From positions 428,274-492,273 of the forward strand of contig NMRA01000335.1 of NCBI GenBank assembly GCA_002633005.1: a stretch of 64,000 bases of DNA, given 5' to 3'. The DNA is from Phoronis australis. Its lineage: Eukaryota; Animalia; Phoronida. A model generated the notes under the pieces. That model ran no database searches and was not told the origin of the DNA. It was given only the letters and a program-made list of their open reading frames with translations. How positions within the stretch are numbered: position 1 is the first letter of the stretch; the number at the start of each line of letters is the position of its first letter. Shown here piece after piece: positions 51,176-64,000 of the stretch. A program made the translations under genes and the position numbers.

Positions 51176-53398
51176 TATCGAAGGTTATTGTAAAACTTTC
51201 TGTCAACGCTGGTGCTGAATGAATATGAAAACACGTGACCCTAATAACGGTGGATATCGTGATGCGCTGTAAAATGTGCTGATTCGTTTTTTTAAAAGGC
51301 GTTCCTGATAGAAATACACAATGCTGTGAGAAAAATAGAAGAATTTTCATCCATTGCAGATTCTAGACCAGAGAACCGAACCCAAATGGCATCCGCTAAA
51401 ATAAAGTGCTCGTTGATTGCATGTCCAAAGTACACGCTCGTCGTCATCTAACTTATTCTTACTCAAATCAATTTACTTCGTTCGTGACAAATTATACCCA
51501 ATTGGTAAACAAGGATCGTTCTAAGAAGACTCACACTAGATGAACTACAAACAACTGTATTTAATGAGTTTGTCACTTCGAAAATTGCATGTTCATTTAA
51601 TAGAATTCTCACAATATAAAACGTCTGAACCGAGTACACCGAATGGAATACAAGTACCACTTCGTGCATCGTTTTTTATTTTCTACAGTTGTTCGACCTC
51701 TGGGGAAATGCGTTCCGACCTGGTAACGACAGAAGAAAAGGTTTGCCTATGTTTTTAGGCGTGGGAAATATAGTCCGTTTCTTTGCTGTATGTCAATTTA
51801 CTTTGTCCGTAACAACAGGGGTATCGGTGCGTGACGTCTTTACGAATTAAACTATACGTTGTTATCATCATAACTGGGTTAACTGCATGGGGGATACCAA
51901 GTTGGTCGAGGACGTGACGGAGTCACCCTGAGGTGAGTTGATACCGACCACTGTGGGTCTCCTGACCAAGTGATCTTTTAATACTGTGACGATGGAATGA
52001 AAAATCACTTGACGGTTACATTAATCAAGTTTTACTTTGTGGTCAAACAATTAGTTCACCACTAGCGGGTGAAAAGGCTAATCCGTAAAACATTGATTAG
52101 TGCTTCGCATTGGTGCATTATTCAGCCTGCTTTTTGATTACTGCTGGAACGCGTCGTCTGCTTTTGTACAAAACTCGTACAAAATTCTATCATACAGATA
52201 AGACGAAAACAGCTACGAACAATGCATCATCCCCCGTAAATCAAAGTTCATAAAAAGGCCATTTGCCATAATACGCACCCAGGGTTTACAATTATTTTCA
52301 AATCTTCCTTACTTTTGTCAATGGTTTGTAATGAGTGTTTTGGCACTATAATTTAAATTTAATGGTTTCTTGTTTTTAGAACACGTGGTCGTTCCAGTAC
52401 AGTTCGACTTTTGCAAATGGTTGTTGCATGAATCCGCGCTCTCCCCACTGAATTTGCTCGGGGCTCGTTTTTGCTGTGTCATTTTTTCTGATGGCTCTTG
52501 CGTTTCACCAGTCGCTCTACAAGCTGACAAGCTCTCGATTTCCATCGTAATTCGGTGGTAGCTTTGCATGCAATATACTCTTTTCACACCCGGCGCTGGT
52601 GCTGGTTTCAATAAGTTATAGCCACAAACTTGTACAGTCATGCATGCGTTTTAAACATCAGTATTTTCATAACAACAGCCACGTATTGACGAAAAGAGAT
52701 AAAAAAGACTGGCTTAAGTGCTAGTTCAAAGCACATACGGGAATGCTTACATTCACTCGTACGCGGTGTGATCAAATGTTAAATCTAGCATATTCTTGCG
52801 TCAGTTTCTTACCGAGACAAAAACCTGTATAATTTCGAGTTAACCTATTTCCTAAGACAACCTCAAAATGGAACGAATCTGGTTGATATGCATGTTACCA
52901 TTAGCGAGTATAACACGTTTACACCCAGTTGCAGGACAAAAATTGAATTATGTGAGCTGTTGGCGAACTTACTCCGGTTACTGGTACTGTGAGGTCGCCT
53001 ATTGGCCAATCATCATCGTGTAGCGGCAGTGTCGTGCGAGGACAGCCGTTTTCTCCTTTAAGACTGATCGTTTTAGGAGAAAGGTCATAAAAGTATTTTG
53101 ATTTGCTTTCAGATAGTTGATAGGATCATTCCGGAAAGGACATTAATCCAGTCTGGTGCGTCAAGAAAAGAATTGAAACCACCCATCATCGGATTTGCCA
53201 AACAGTCATCAAACACGTTATAATCGATGCTCGAGAATTTCCGCCAAAGACGAACATAAATATTGTGCTCCTCCTGAACAACTGCCATGCGAGACGTATT
53301 ATAATTGACAAGTACGTAACAGAGCATCATAGTTAAACTACTCAGGGGAGAAACACGTTTTACTGGAAACAGACACCGCCGGAAACTCATATAAAAGG

Positions 53399-53711
53399 AT
53401 GTCCATTCCAGCTGTCAATAGTTCTAACACAACGTATACTTTATTGGACACGTCGCTCACAACAATGGAACCCCAGGCGCGGAGCAACGAGACTGTGAGT
53501 TCGTCCGTGAGAGTGGTGATGGCTTTGGGCTACTCCATGGTTTTTGTATTGGCTCTGGTGGGAAACTCATTGGTCATTGCCGTGGTGTGGAGATTTAGCC
53601 ACATGCATACTGTCACCAACTATTTTCTGGTCAATCTGGCCGTAGCGGACATTTTGATGTCGCTATTTTGCCTGCCGTTCACTCTCGCTTACCACATGAT
53701 GTCTCCAACAC
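53399..53711 (+). CDS. Class A (rhodopsin-family) GPCR, neuropeptide receptor-like (NPFF/SIFamide/QRFP/orexin group); first coding exon covering the N-terminus, TM1 and TM2
   Basis: N-glycosylation sequons NSS, NTT, NET; TM1 YSMVFVLALVGNSLVIAVV; HMHTVTNYFLVNLAVADILMSLFCLPFTL; strong donor ACAC|gtaagt at 53711/53712 (phase 1) in extracellular loop 1. The ligand class cannot be fixed from this exon. Confidence 0.92.
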
Positions 53712-54559
53712 GTAAGTCAAATACAAACTTTATTTTTGCTTAAAGTCAAATTGTAATTGAATTGTCCGTATTCATAATTATAGTACTGACATTTTGCACG
53801 TGTGACAGACGATGTAAATCTGCAAAACAGAAATTATTAGAAACCTTTTTTTAAAAACGTTATTAGCAATTACGCGATTCTCTAATCAATCTCTCGAGCA
53901 CTCGTTCACGTTATACTTATGTTTCACCGGTTTTGTTTCTGGCGTAAGTCAGACGCAAAGTTTACTTTAACCTGTGAATTGTTGACATGCCGATATTTGT
54001 ATTTCTAGTAGTGATATCTTTAGTCGTGAGGCAGAATGGTAAAAATGTAATCTATAGGTTCACGAGACACCGAGTTGTCATAACAACAATTTATTCAGAT
54101 AATTGCATACACAGTATTCGAACTTTGTAGAAGTCAATACAGTTCCGTTCAGTAGTTAAATGGTCATTGAATTTCTGTCGATAGAGGTGGAACTCTTTGC
54201 AACGCTGAGTGATTACTTACTGCGATATGATGGCTTAATTTTGTTTATGTGAAACTTCTCACCGTGACTAAGCTTACGAAAACAATGTGATCACAGGTTT
54301 AATGCGGTCATAACAAATCTATTACTGGTGCCCAGTGGCCTTGATCGTCATTTGTAGTTTTATTACCGTGGGTGAAAGTTCATTTCAAGTGTGCTCACCG
54401 TGTTAACATCATTAAAAGGTGTAATAATTTATATTTGTCTTGATTTTACGAGAGCCTTATCGACCTGTCGGTATGTTTGGCCAAATATCTAAAATGTATA
54501 GATTTTAACTCTGTGAAAGAGCATATTGTCTAAAATAGAAAACCTGTAGAATTTAATTT

Positions 54560-54930
54560 TTTATAGTAATCTGCTATTAATGATATCACGTGACTATGTC
54601 TTTTTAGTAAAATTTGGCAAAAAAAAGAAAGATATATGCATAGCAAAACGATGCTATCAACATGGCCAGATATTGTTCGAGTTCGATGAAAATATTTTTA
54701 AAACATAAAATCTCAAAAACGCTGTTACAGTTTTCTATATAATCATTTTGTTTTTGGCTTATGCAATTATTATTTTTTTATAAAAAATAATGAAAGTGCT
54801 AGTTTTGATAGCCCTTCATGTCAAAAATGCAAATTTTTAAATACAATTCCTAACAGCATATTGTAGAGCAGTGTATAAATCCGACTTATCAATCCGATCA
54901 GCCATTTCTGAGATGTGCTGTTCCGACGTT
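54560..54930 (+). repeat. Old dispersed repeat in the GPCR intron, second copy at about 56270-56580
   Basis: Colinear blocks ttttt(a/g)(g/t)taaaattt(g/a)gcaaaa, ttatgcaa, aaaaaataatg, ccttc and aatccgatcagcca..tctgagatgtg. Confidence 0.6.
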
Positions 54931-57900
54931 TGCCAAATCGGGCCATTTTTCGAGGGTCCCGCATAACCTCAATTTCTCCCGAATTTGACGATTTCGAGCC
55001 AACCGTTATTCTTACATTGTATACAGCCGTCGTTGTAGTACGTAAGATGTACATTTGTTTATTGGAGTTCAGTCATGCTGCTCACGTTTCAAGGTTTGTG
55101 ACATGTGGCTGACAGATACAGATTTCTTCATCGATACATCTGGCTGACAGATTTATGGCTTTTCTCAACAAATAATCAATATTTTCGTTTGGTTCAGTTT
55201 CAAGTTAGCAATAAGAATCTTGTTTACAGACCCTACGTCCCTTAATGACCAATGACAGGATTGTAAACCGACACCAATGTCAGTTGTACGATTTCATTAT
55301 ACCGACCACTTCGCCCTTTAAAAAAGTTTATCATGTTTTAATACATAACATTGGCACTAATTTTACGTCAACAATGTCCACTGTTGATAATTTTAAAGTA
55401 ATCGTTGGCGAAATCGAACATTCACGACAGCAGTGGCCGGTTGTGGAACCTGAGTACATGACTTGATTATTGACAAATCATATTCTTTTATGAGAATTAT
55501 ACAGAGTATTCACTCTTTACTGAGCGATTAATTCTAGGTTAGTTCAGCCGAAATCCCATTCTTCGACTTCTCCTACATTGCCTTCCTCCAAATGTATTCT
55601 GCTGTTCCTCGTCTATGCACGCAGCTCAGTGATTTGATTTGCGAATCCTTAGACGCGTTCGAATCCTGTGCTCTCTGATAGGCCGCTGGCATTGGATTAA
55701 TTGTCGTTTCCCTAATTTAGAGGTGGATTGCGTCCTGTTTATCTGACTAAAAACTAAAATATAATTAGACCTTCTATTCCATAATAATCCTAACCGCGAT
55801 AAGACTCTACGTTATCAACTCATGTCGATGGCATAGCGTACATGAACCATTTCAAAATTCGCAATTTTTAAGTTGCCTGACCCCCGTGATCTCTAATTTA
55901 AGCGTTTTTTGGAGTCGCAGATAGTTTCGACACGAATGTTTTTGCAGGACAGAAATATAATCTTGTCGCGGTAGGGAATGTTATGAGGCCAATTTTATGC
56001 ACGCAAAATCCTTAATTCGATTTTCATTTTAGCCACCTAAACAAAGCATAATGTAGCTTTAACTGTCAAAAAATGTACATGACATTTGCGATTATCCTTT
56101 GCTCTAACTTACGGAAAATAATCCTGAAAAGACTACTGGTGTTTTATGTAACACCAAGTATCTACAAAGCTAAAAAATTTACGTCAAGACGAGTATATGT
56201 TTTTGAAAGCAGAAAATCTGCAGTGTTTTTTTTTTTTAATTTATACCCATTTACTACTGATTGTGTAACGCGACCATGACTTTTTGTTAAAATTTAGCAA
56301 AACAGCGGTATCAATAACATGATCAAACCTTATTTGATATGAATACTCTAGGTGAACCATTAAAAAACCGCAGTAATCATCAAGTTATCATTCAGTTTTC
56401 GTTTTATGCAACTTTCGAGTAGCTTCAAAAAATAATGCAAGTTCCATTTTGGTTAACCCCTTCTACAAAAGAGGAGCAATGATTTCATAAGCAATCCCTA
56501 AAAGCGCTTTAGAGAACGGTGCACGAAGCACGGTGTCATATAAATCCGATCAGCCAACTCTGAGATGTGATGTTGCGATATTAGGACATTCTTACGGCAG
56601 TACAAGCCCACGTTGATTTGGATTACCTTCCATCATAAAATTGGTCCCAATTTGTTCTTAATACAGATGAAAATTAGTTTCAGGCGTCAAAATAATTGGC
56701 AGTTGACTATTACTTGAGACGATGAACTTCATATGAAATGGTTCGCAGTAACAAGACAACTTGTAGATACATTCCTCGTGTAATGACGACCAGCCAGTTA
56801 CCTACAGGCCACCAAATCACTTTTAATTTGACTATGGAACAATTTGAGACCAATTCCGTAACTATCATTAGTTTCAATCAAACGTTTTCTGTTGATTTTT
56901 GTAACAGAAAGCGAGTTTATAGCGACCTTACACTAACTTTGAAATATTATACATGAAAATTTTCTTGTTGTTTTTTGAATTAACACGTCGTCTCTAAGAG
57001 GTTGGGTTTTCAAAAAAAAAGTAGTCAGCGTGTCAAAAATTGTTATTGTTCCGATGTGCGAGTTGTGATATCCTAGTCGCCTGACGCGGAAGCATTTATA
57101 TATTTCACCGGTACCGCTGCTCACATGTTATTTGTTAAATAAAGAATGTATGGACATTAGAACCAGACCACGTAGCCCTGAGGCCTCTGGCCGATCAATA
57201 GCAATATTGCAACTGGTTCATTTTTGAATGATGTATATGAATGCGTTACACAATGATATGCAACATTTTTTTCTTGTTTTCTTTCCTTGGCCTATTTGTT
57301 GCTCGTGTCTGCGCAATTGTCGTTAGATTAAAACAACCTTACCCAAGAGAAACAGTGTTTTCCGAGGTTTTACTTAAGAAGAAGAGTTAACACTTAAATT
57401 TTTACACTGCTTTAAGGCTCAAATGGAATTGAACTATTGTTTTGTAATCGAGTACTCCACTGCAAAGTCGCATTGTTTCAGTTTGAATTTGACCCTCGAA
57501 ATAACGCTGCATTGGCTTTGTCAAAAAAGCTGTACACGTGACTAACTGAAATCGTTACTGTCACCTTAAAGAAACCTAATCGATGAACCTCTCGCGCTTG
57601 AACAATACTATTTCAAAACTCGAGATTTGATTTAAGTCTTCTACCCAAAGCCTTTCTCAACCACAGTCCAGTTACACTTTATAACCTCAGATGAAATGTT
57701 TTGCTGTCCAAGTCCGCCGGAAGGCAGAAGTTATGGGGCTGACTGGTGCACAGGCGAGAAGTTCAGAGGCAAAAGTTTTATCTAGACGACGAAATCTAGG
57801 TGATCTTATTCTTAGTGAAAACAATGGTTGAGCTTGATAAATGCAGGTGTTCAGGAAGTCATACGGCTCCCTTAACATGAACGCCTCTGTGTAGGAGAAC

Positions 57901-60900
57901 AGGGTAGCGTTCCGCAGACCAAGTTTCGTGTAAGAAAAGCGAAATCACGTAAGACCACGCAAAATCTCGCGAGTGAAAGATGGGTATTTAGCAACATGTT
58001 ACTAGCCTAATCCAACAAAATGGCGACCATAGGGAGAGGTTAGAATGTTGAATTTTGCGCTAGAATTCACTGTTTAGTTTCCAATCCGTAAGCGAGGATT
58101 TTTAACCGCTGGTTTAAGCTAAATTTCTTGGATCTACCGAACGCAATCTCACTTTCTTTTCTCATTCAGTTCAAAAGACAACAATTTACTCTCTGGCGCC
58201 ACCAAGTGGATGTCGCTTGTCCCATTCCCCTCGTGGACACCTTTCTTTCACTCCCACACATACGCCAAATTCTTTCATGAGATCTTTTGCTAAATAACGT
58301 AGAAAATATATCTGAAACTAAATAAGGCGATCCAGATCCTCCCAAGGATACTATTGTTTCATGAAATGAAGAATATAAATCGGTAAATAAAACAATAAGA
58401 ATGGATCAACTGAAATTTTAAATTTTCGGATGTAGACAACTTCCCTTATCAAGAAAAACAGAAATAAAGTAAAATCAAACACAAAATGACAATTGACATA
58501 TAAGATATGGTGTAATGAAAATGATACATTTTTGCTACTAATGAAAGTTAAAACTGCATTTCGTCAGTGTTACTGCAAAAAGTTGAAAAAAGCCACTTAA
58601 GCTTATAAACTTGGTCTCATAATTCTCACCAGTGACAGAACTTGATTTCCGTTACCAACAAGAACACAGAAACTACTGAGAAAGAGCTTCAGAGTTTACT
58701 GAGGTTGGCCAACCCTAAAATTGCAAGATTCATAATTGCGCAAAAACAATTCAAGTTCGCATGAGCCTGGTAATGTTTCTATCCCAAAGCACTGCGGTTA
58801 AAAATCAACTTTAGCAGCCAAACAGCGGCGAAAGAAGTAACAAATCGTTCAGGCCCCCGCTTCCGGTGTCCCTCGTGCTTTGTTCGTTTATAATTTCTCT
58901 TTTATTCAGGCAAAGCTATATAGCTTGCTATTTATTCGTAGGTTTGACAGTTTAGTAATTTTGTTTGACATTTGTTTAGCAAGCGTGCCAATGATTATGG
59001 GAGCGCGTGACTAACCATGAGATTTGTTCGCTGACTCCAGTTTCTACTCAGTATACCATATGGTTCTTCGAGTATTACACTGGTACTACACGTGTGCATG
59101 TTGGACCTGACAGACAGAAAGCTCAATTTGACGATAAGCGTCATGCGGTAAATCATGGCAGAAGAAAAAATTACTGAAAACTGGCACGCACCCCTCTAAT
59201 AATGTGAAGACAATAATGTTTCGGAAACGTTTAGTTCCTATTTTACGCTGCTCTGCAATCCCGTTCGTACAAAAATAACTTTGATTTAGACGATTCACCG
59301 TTATGGAATTGGTACCAAATTATTCTTTGCTCTCATCAAAATTGATTTCTGAGTTTGTGCGTGTAAAGAATTATTAGCTCGTCAGTTGAGAGCTGGTTCA
59401 GCACATAAAAAGACCAGAAAGTTGAAGCCACCTTACAGAGTCAGGTCCCTAGCGATGGCAATCTGTCATTTCTTCCAAATCCCAGGAATCACGTGTCATC
59501 AAAGTGAAGAATATTTTGAAGACATTTTTTACGATGGCTGATTTAAATCAAACGTTGTTTTTACGTAAGGCAGGGAACATAAAGTAAGCAGCCATACAAA
59601 AAAGAGTTATACGTTCCCGAAACATTTAGTATTTTTAAATAATGTGACTGAAATTGCGTACATAAATTGCTATTTACAAAAATGAAAATTGATCATCAAG
59701 ATTGACGGAGTTAATTTTTCCAAGTATATGCCAGAAGTGGCACAAGAACACACAACACGTCACGTGCGTATCGTGTATGCACATGCTGCGGAGTGTTGCC
59801 ATGGCAACTCCATTAAGTTCACTAAACAAAAGTAGGAGTTTTGATGATTTAAATTGATGAAGTCAGGTTGTTTATGTTTGAGAAATTTTCAGAATTTATT
59901 TCAAACAACAATAATAGTAATAGTTTCGCAATATTTTCCATTCACAAGCACGTTCACTTTCAGAAAGCCATTAAAGCCACTGTTGGACACATGCGATGAC
60001 TAACAGTTTTTCAGTGCATTTATAAGACTTCTTTGCCATTGCTTAGAGAGAATTTCGAATCTTGAAGATTTATTTCAAGAACGTTCTTGGCAAAACGTTG
60101 CATGCCCAATGTATCTATCTATTAGTTGACCAGTAATTTATTAACCAAAGACAACACCCAGATCTAGCACATAGTTTTATAGTTATTCCTAATCTTAGTC
60201 CAATGAGATGATCATTTACGTAATCCCTAGTGGGCATGTCATAATTTTCAAAAACGCTAGTGATGTCTCAGTTAGTTGTCAAACAAATTCTGTTTCTTGT
60301 TCCGTTAATGTTTTGTAAATCGGTATTCATTGCACAAAATCTTTGGTGAAATTGATGTAATAAATTAATCCACGTGACGACGAAACAGACTAGATTATGT
60401 TTTGAGAAATCAAACAAAAGCAAAAGTATTTAATGCGCATTCATCAATACTCGTGTAAAATCTTGTTATTAAATGGATTCCTTGTTGATGTAATTATTTG
60501 CCGGAATGTAATGTCCGTTACCGAGAAGCTTTTTATCAACGGACACGCATGCGTATTGAAAGAGGATTTCGTCGTAAAATGGAGTGACAAATCGCGAAAA
60601 GATATTAATTTCGTACAGCTAAATTATACAGTTCTGCTGAACGGGTTTTTATTAGAAATTGATCGTTTTACAATTATAGTCCCTCCTTCAATCAAACGTG
60701 CTGGAGCCATGTTTTCGAAGAACGCAGTCCGTATTTCCATAACTCGCTACTCACAACTACATGTACTTAGGCCTACTGATGTTATTAATTTCAGTTGATC
60801 AGAATTACTTAACGTGATTTTATCTCACTACTCTTCTACACGCACTTAAATTTAACCAGTGATACCCTAGTACATTGAGGTAATTACAATTTAGGTAACG

Positions 60901-61202
60901 CAGTTATTCCCTGCTGTTTTTGCTGTTTAATTAGCGGACTTAGTTAGTTCGTGAGACAGTGACGTATGAACGGTTCATGGAAATTTCGAAATGTTCACCC
61001 TGTCAACTAATAATGTTAAGAACCCATGTTGCTTTTCACGGGTGCTATGAGTTGCAACACATCTGTAAAAATAGAAAGTAGCATTCACCGTAAGAAGATT
61101 TGCAAAAGGTTCCTCGGTGAATTCGGAAAAATCAAAAATCAGCTTATAGCATCAGCAAAAATACATATGAAATAACACGTAATACTTACGATGTGATCAA
61201 TA

Positions 61203-62218
61203 CAAGGTGCCCCAAATATGTACTCACCCTGGGAGTTCTAAATTAGTTGCCATGTGTCAGAGCCAAGCAGGGGCGTGAGCTGTCACGTGTTTTGTATGCA
61301 CGGAAATGGCATGTAAACGACTCAACTTGGAGAACAAACATTTATCACACAATACTAGTGGAAGTTCAAAAACAAAGATAACAGATAAGTTTGAATGAGA
61401 TGGAACGTCCACAAGCAACGTTCGGCAAGACAGCAGCCGTCAAACAACTTTGCAAAGGAAGAACGCTTGTTGGAAACCGTTCACCGTTCACAACAGGAAT
61501 TCCAATTTCAAAGAGCCTATCGCATTTTGAAGAGAATGTCGCTTTGACAAGTTTCACCTCAGCATTAATCCATGCTCTTAATGAAAGTGATTCTTAGCGG
61601 AAATTTCAGTTTTGTTGGTGGTGGGGGCCAACCTGGGCAAATGCATCGTTTGCATCCAAAGTTGTTTGGATTGATGAGGCAAGCTTTAAGTTTAATCGCT
61701 CAGTTCACTGGCATAATTGCTCCCACTGAAAATCCGCATGCTATTACAAAGCACCATTTGAATATACATGTACCAGGGGTTCAAGTGTGGTACATTTGAA
61801 TGCCGTAGGGCCATAGTTATTTTTAAACTCACAGTCACCGAGGTTGTTGCAGTTAAAATAAGGTTTACTACTTAAGACCAACTTTAGTCGATAAGTTGAA
61901 CGGCTTAATAACTGAAAGATATGTCGTTCAGCTCCAAATGAAATTATTCGTAATGGTATTGAGTACCGTGGTCCATGTTATCGACAGTGCATGCAAAAAG
62001 GTGGTCGTCAGTTTGAACATTTGTCTACGTGCACTTATACATTCGTGCAGTTTGTCATTAATCTTCCCATGTTAATGAACAATGCATTTATTTTCGTTAA
62101 AATACTTAATTCATTTTTGATCACCTGTTTATGAATTTAAACCAGCAATGTTATTCTTAAGCCAATTAACAACCAGTTATTATCTTTTGAAGTGTGTGTA
62201 CATTTTTGTGACATCTTG
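61203..62218 (+). mobile_element. Internally deleted, degenerate Tc1/mariner-superfamily transposon (DD41D/rosa- or maT-like)
   Basis: TA|CAAGGTGCCCCAAATATGTAC...GTACATTTTTGTGACATCTTG|TA; transposase remnants LIHALNESD, VVWIDEASFKFNRSVHWHNC, ENPHAI...VPGVQVW and C-terminal CMQKGGRQFEHL. Confidence 0.88.
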
Positions 62219-62541
62219 TACATGAGAGAGATACATTTAGCTGTTATTATATCCTAGCAACAGTGTTCTAAAATCTGTAGTGCTTCCGGCTGGCTGGTAC
62301 TTTTATAGAATAGAAAACAGTTTTGTGGCTATCTTTAGACTAAGTGGTCCTCGGAGAGATATTCAGTAAAGTCTAATGCAAGGTTCAAAAGAGAGGCGAA
62401 AATGCCAGCAGTTTCCCCGACTAAAACGATCGCCCACGCTAGCGCTTTAGTCATTCAGTCGAGCTGTCCGCGAAGGGTCCCCACCAGCAATTAGTTTGTT
62501 TCCTTACCACTCGAGTCGCTTTTAAGCGAAAACTGGTTATG

Positions 62542-63368
62542 GTTCAGTAACGCCAGGACCTCGCTGAAAAGCAGTGCTGTAGACGTAAAATTAGAGGTAA
62601 GTAGGCGCCCAAAGCCCATTGTGTCGCCTTGAGCAAAGAATTTTAAAAGTACATTGAACTCGCAAAACCTGACACACAGACATGTAGGCCTACCTTTTGA
62701 CTCAGATTCGAGTGGGGGTTTACATAGAGTCTATAGTGGAGGATGTCGGGAAAAGGGTTCAACCAAACATATTAGAAGGCAAAGGTCCGTGTGCATTCCA
62801 AGTGGTCTCTGAAGGGGCCCAAGCACAATTATCACGGAATATAGGAACGTAACACCCAGAAACGATATGTTGACGGCGAATTTTAGTCGCCTCGGCGTCG
62901 GGTGTGTCCTCGGGGCCGGCCCTGGGCCTCCCCCCACCCCTCCCCGTCAACCTATGGTGGGACACCATAACTCTTTCTTTACCTTGCAATTTTAATAAAG
63001 AAAATCCATTACTCGACGAGCATACGTGTATGCCTGGTGGTCGCGCGCAGAAATGTTTGGCAACAATGGTGTCGCCAACGTAGCGCATTGACGCCGTAAG
63101 CTATCGTATCGAGACTACGCCCCACTATACCTTCACTTATGGCGCGTAGACGCTACGTTAAAATGTAAAACGGTGGTTGGCTGCAACTACGAGCGCTTAC
63201 GCCCGTAACTTGCGGTGGGTAGGCGCTGCGTTAAAAAGCAAAAAGGTGGTTTGCTGCGCGTACGTGCGCCTACGCCCCACTGTAGGGCACTCACTGAAAA
63301 GAAAGACTTCGCGAGATTACAGGAAATATTACCGTTCATTTTAAATGAGAACACCTGATTTTGGCTAG
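62542..63368 (+). mobile_element. Third, diverged copy of the CCAG-type element split by a ~700 bp insertion
   Basis: 62542-62572 gttcagtaacgccaggacctcgctgaaaagca and 63290-63368 acttcgcgagattac...cattttaaatgagaacac match consecutive parts of 16425-16520. Confidence 0.6.
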
Positions 63369-63739
63369 ATGAAAGCGTTCACTCTCTCGTCTTTATGCCA
63401 TTGCGACGATAAAACTGAAGGCTTTTATTCCTGCGCATGCGCGTCTTTTGATGTAAGCCTTATAGCTACAAAAATGCTAGTAAAAGCACCGGCAAAATTT
63501 TGCCTTACGCTGTTACATTGCTTGAGTCTTTGTTATTGTCGGAAGTGCTTGTGAAAACGATAACGTTTTAGCCGGCATGTGAACCGGATTTGAAAAACGT
63601 CACTTGGTTATTGTTACCGGTACGGTATTGTAAACGAAAAAAACAACTCCTCTATTTACTTTAAACAGTATTTACATCTCTTAAAAATATTTACAATCAC
63701 GTAGCAAGTTACACAAAATATGGAACACAAACAATATTT

Positions 63740-64000
63740 TTTTTTCACTGTGATATATATTTATTGAAGGATACACAGAACATACAAAGAAATAATAACA
63801 AACCCAGAAACCGCGAAGCATTATATCTGGGTTGTAAACAATTCATAAATGAAACTTATATACATAGAGATATATACAATTAAGTAGTATCTAAAATAAG
63901 TATTCCAATACTTAGACATGCTATTACAGATATATAAAAACAAAAATATTTACAGATTCATGTAGGGAAATCAGATGCAACAATATTGATAAACGGTATA
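63740..64000 (-). mobile_element. Second copy of the CR1-group LINE 3' end, running off the window
   Basis: Matches 30376-30600, e.g. atacacagaacata.aaagaaataat.acaaacccagaaa.cgcgaagcattatatctgggttgta. Confidence 0.9.

Noticed and set aside
50819-51350. His-rich and Met/Asp-rich ORFs
   Set aside because: Same low-complexity trinucleotide class; open on both strands for compositional reasons.

Overview
This is repeat-rich, AT-rich (roughly 38-40% GC by eye), intron-containing eukaryotic DNA. Judging from its transposon content it is probably from an invertebrate animal; the species cannot be determined. Two host genes are supported, both on the + strand: the last five coding exons of a diacylglycerol lipase (DAGL, beta-like short C-terminus, 2495-5351), and the first coding exon of a class A neuropeptide-type GPCR (53399-53711) whose later exons were not found in the window. 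Most ORF-track entries are spurious. The rest is a mosaic of decayed mobile elements: a Ty3/Gypsy integrase plus LTR duplicated across a 200-N gap, Penelope GIY-YIG and RTE LINE fragments nested in a TTAA-type MITE, a ~2.9 kb CR1-group LINE, an internally deleted Tc1/mariner, and several MITE families. The most unusual structures are a 4.6 kb nested inverted-repeat region (24232-28840) whose arms are arrays of ~140 bp units, a ~155 bp element bounded by CCAG direct repeats, a ~570 bp loopless palindrome with hairpin-capped ends, and an in-frame alternative acceptor in DAGL that would add a stop codon before the catalytic His. I cannot demonstrate a new protein-coding system here; these structures are leads only.
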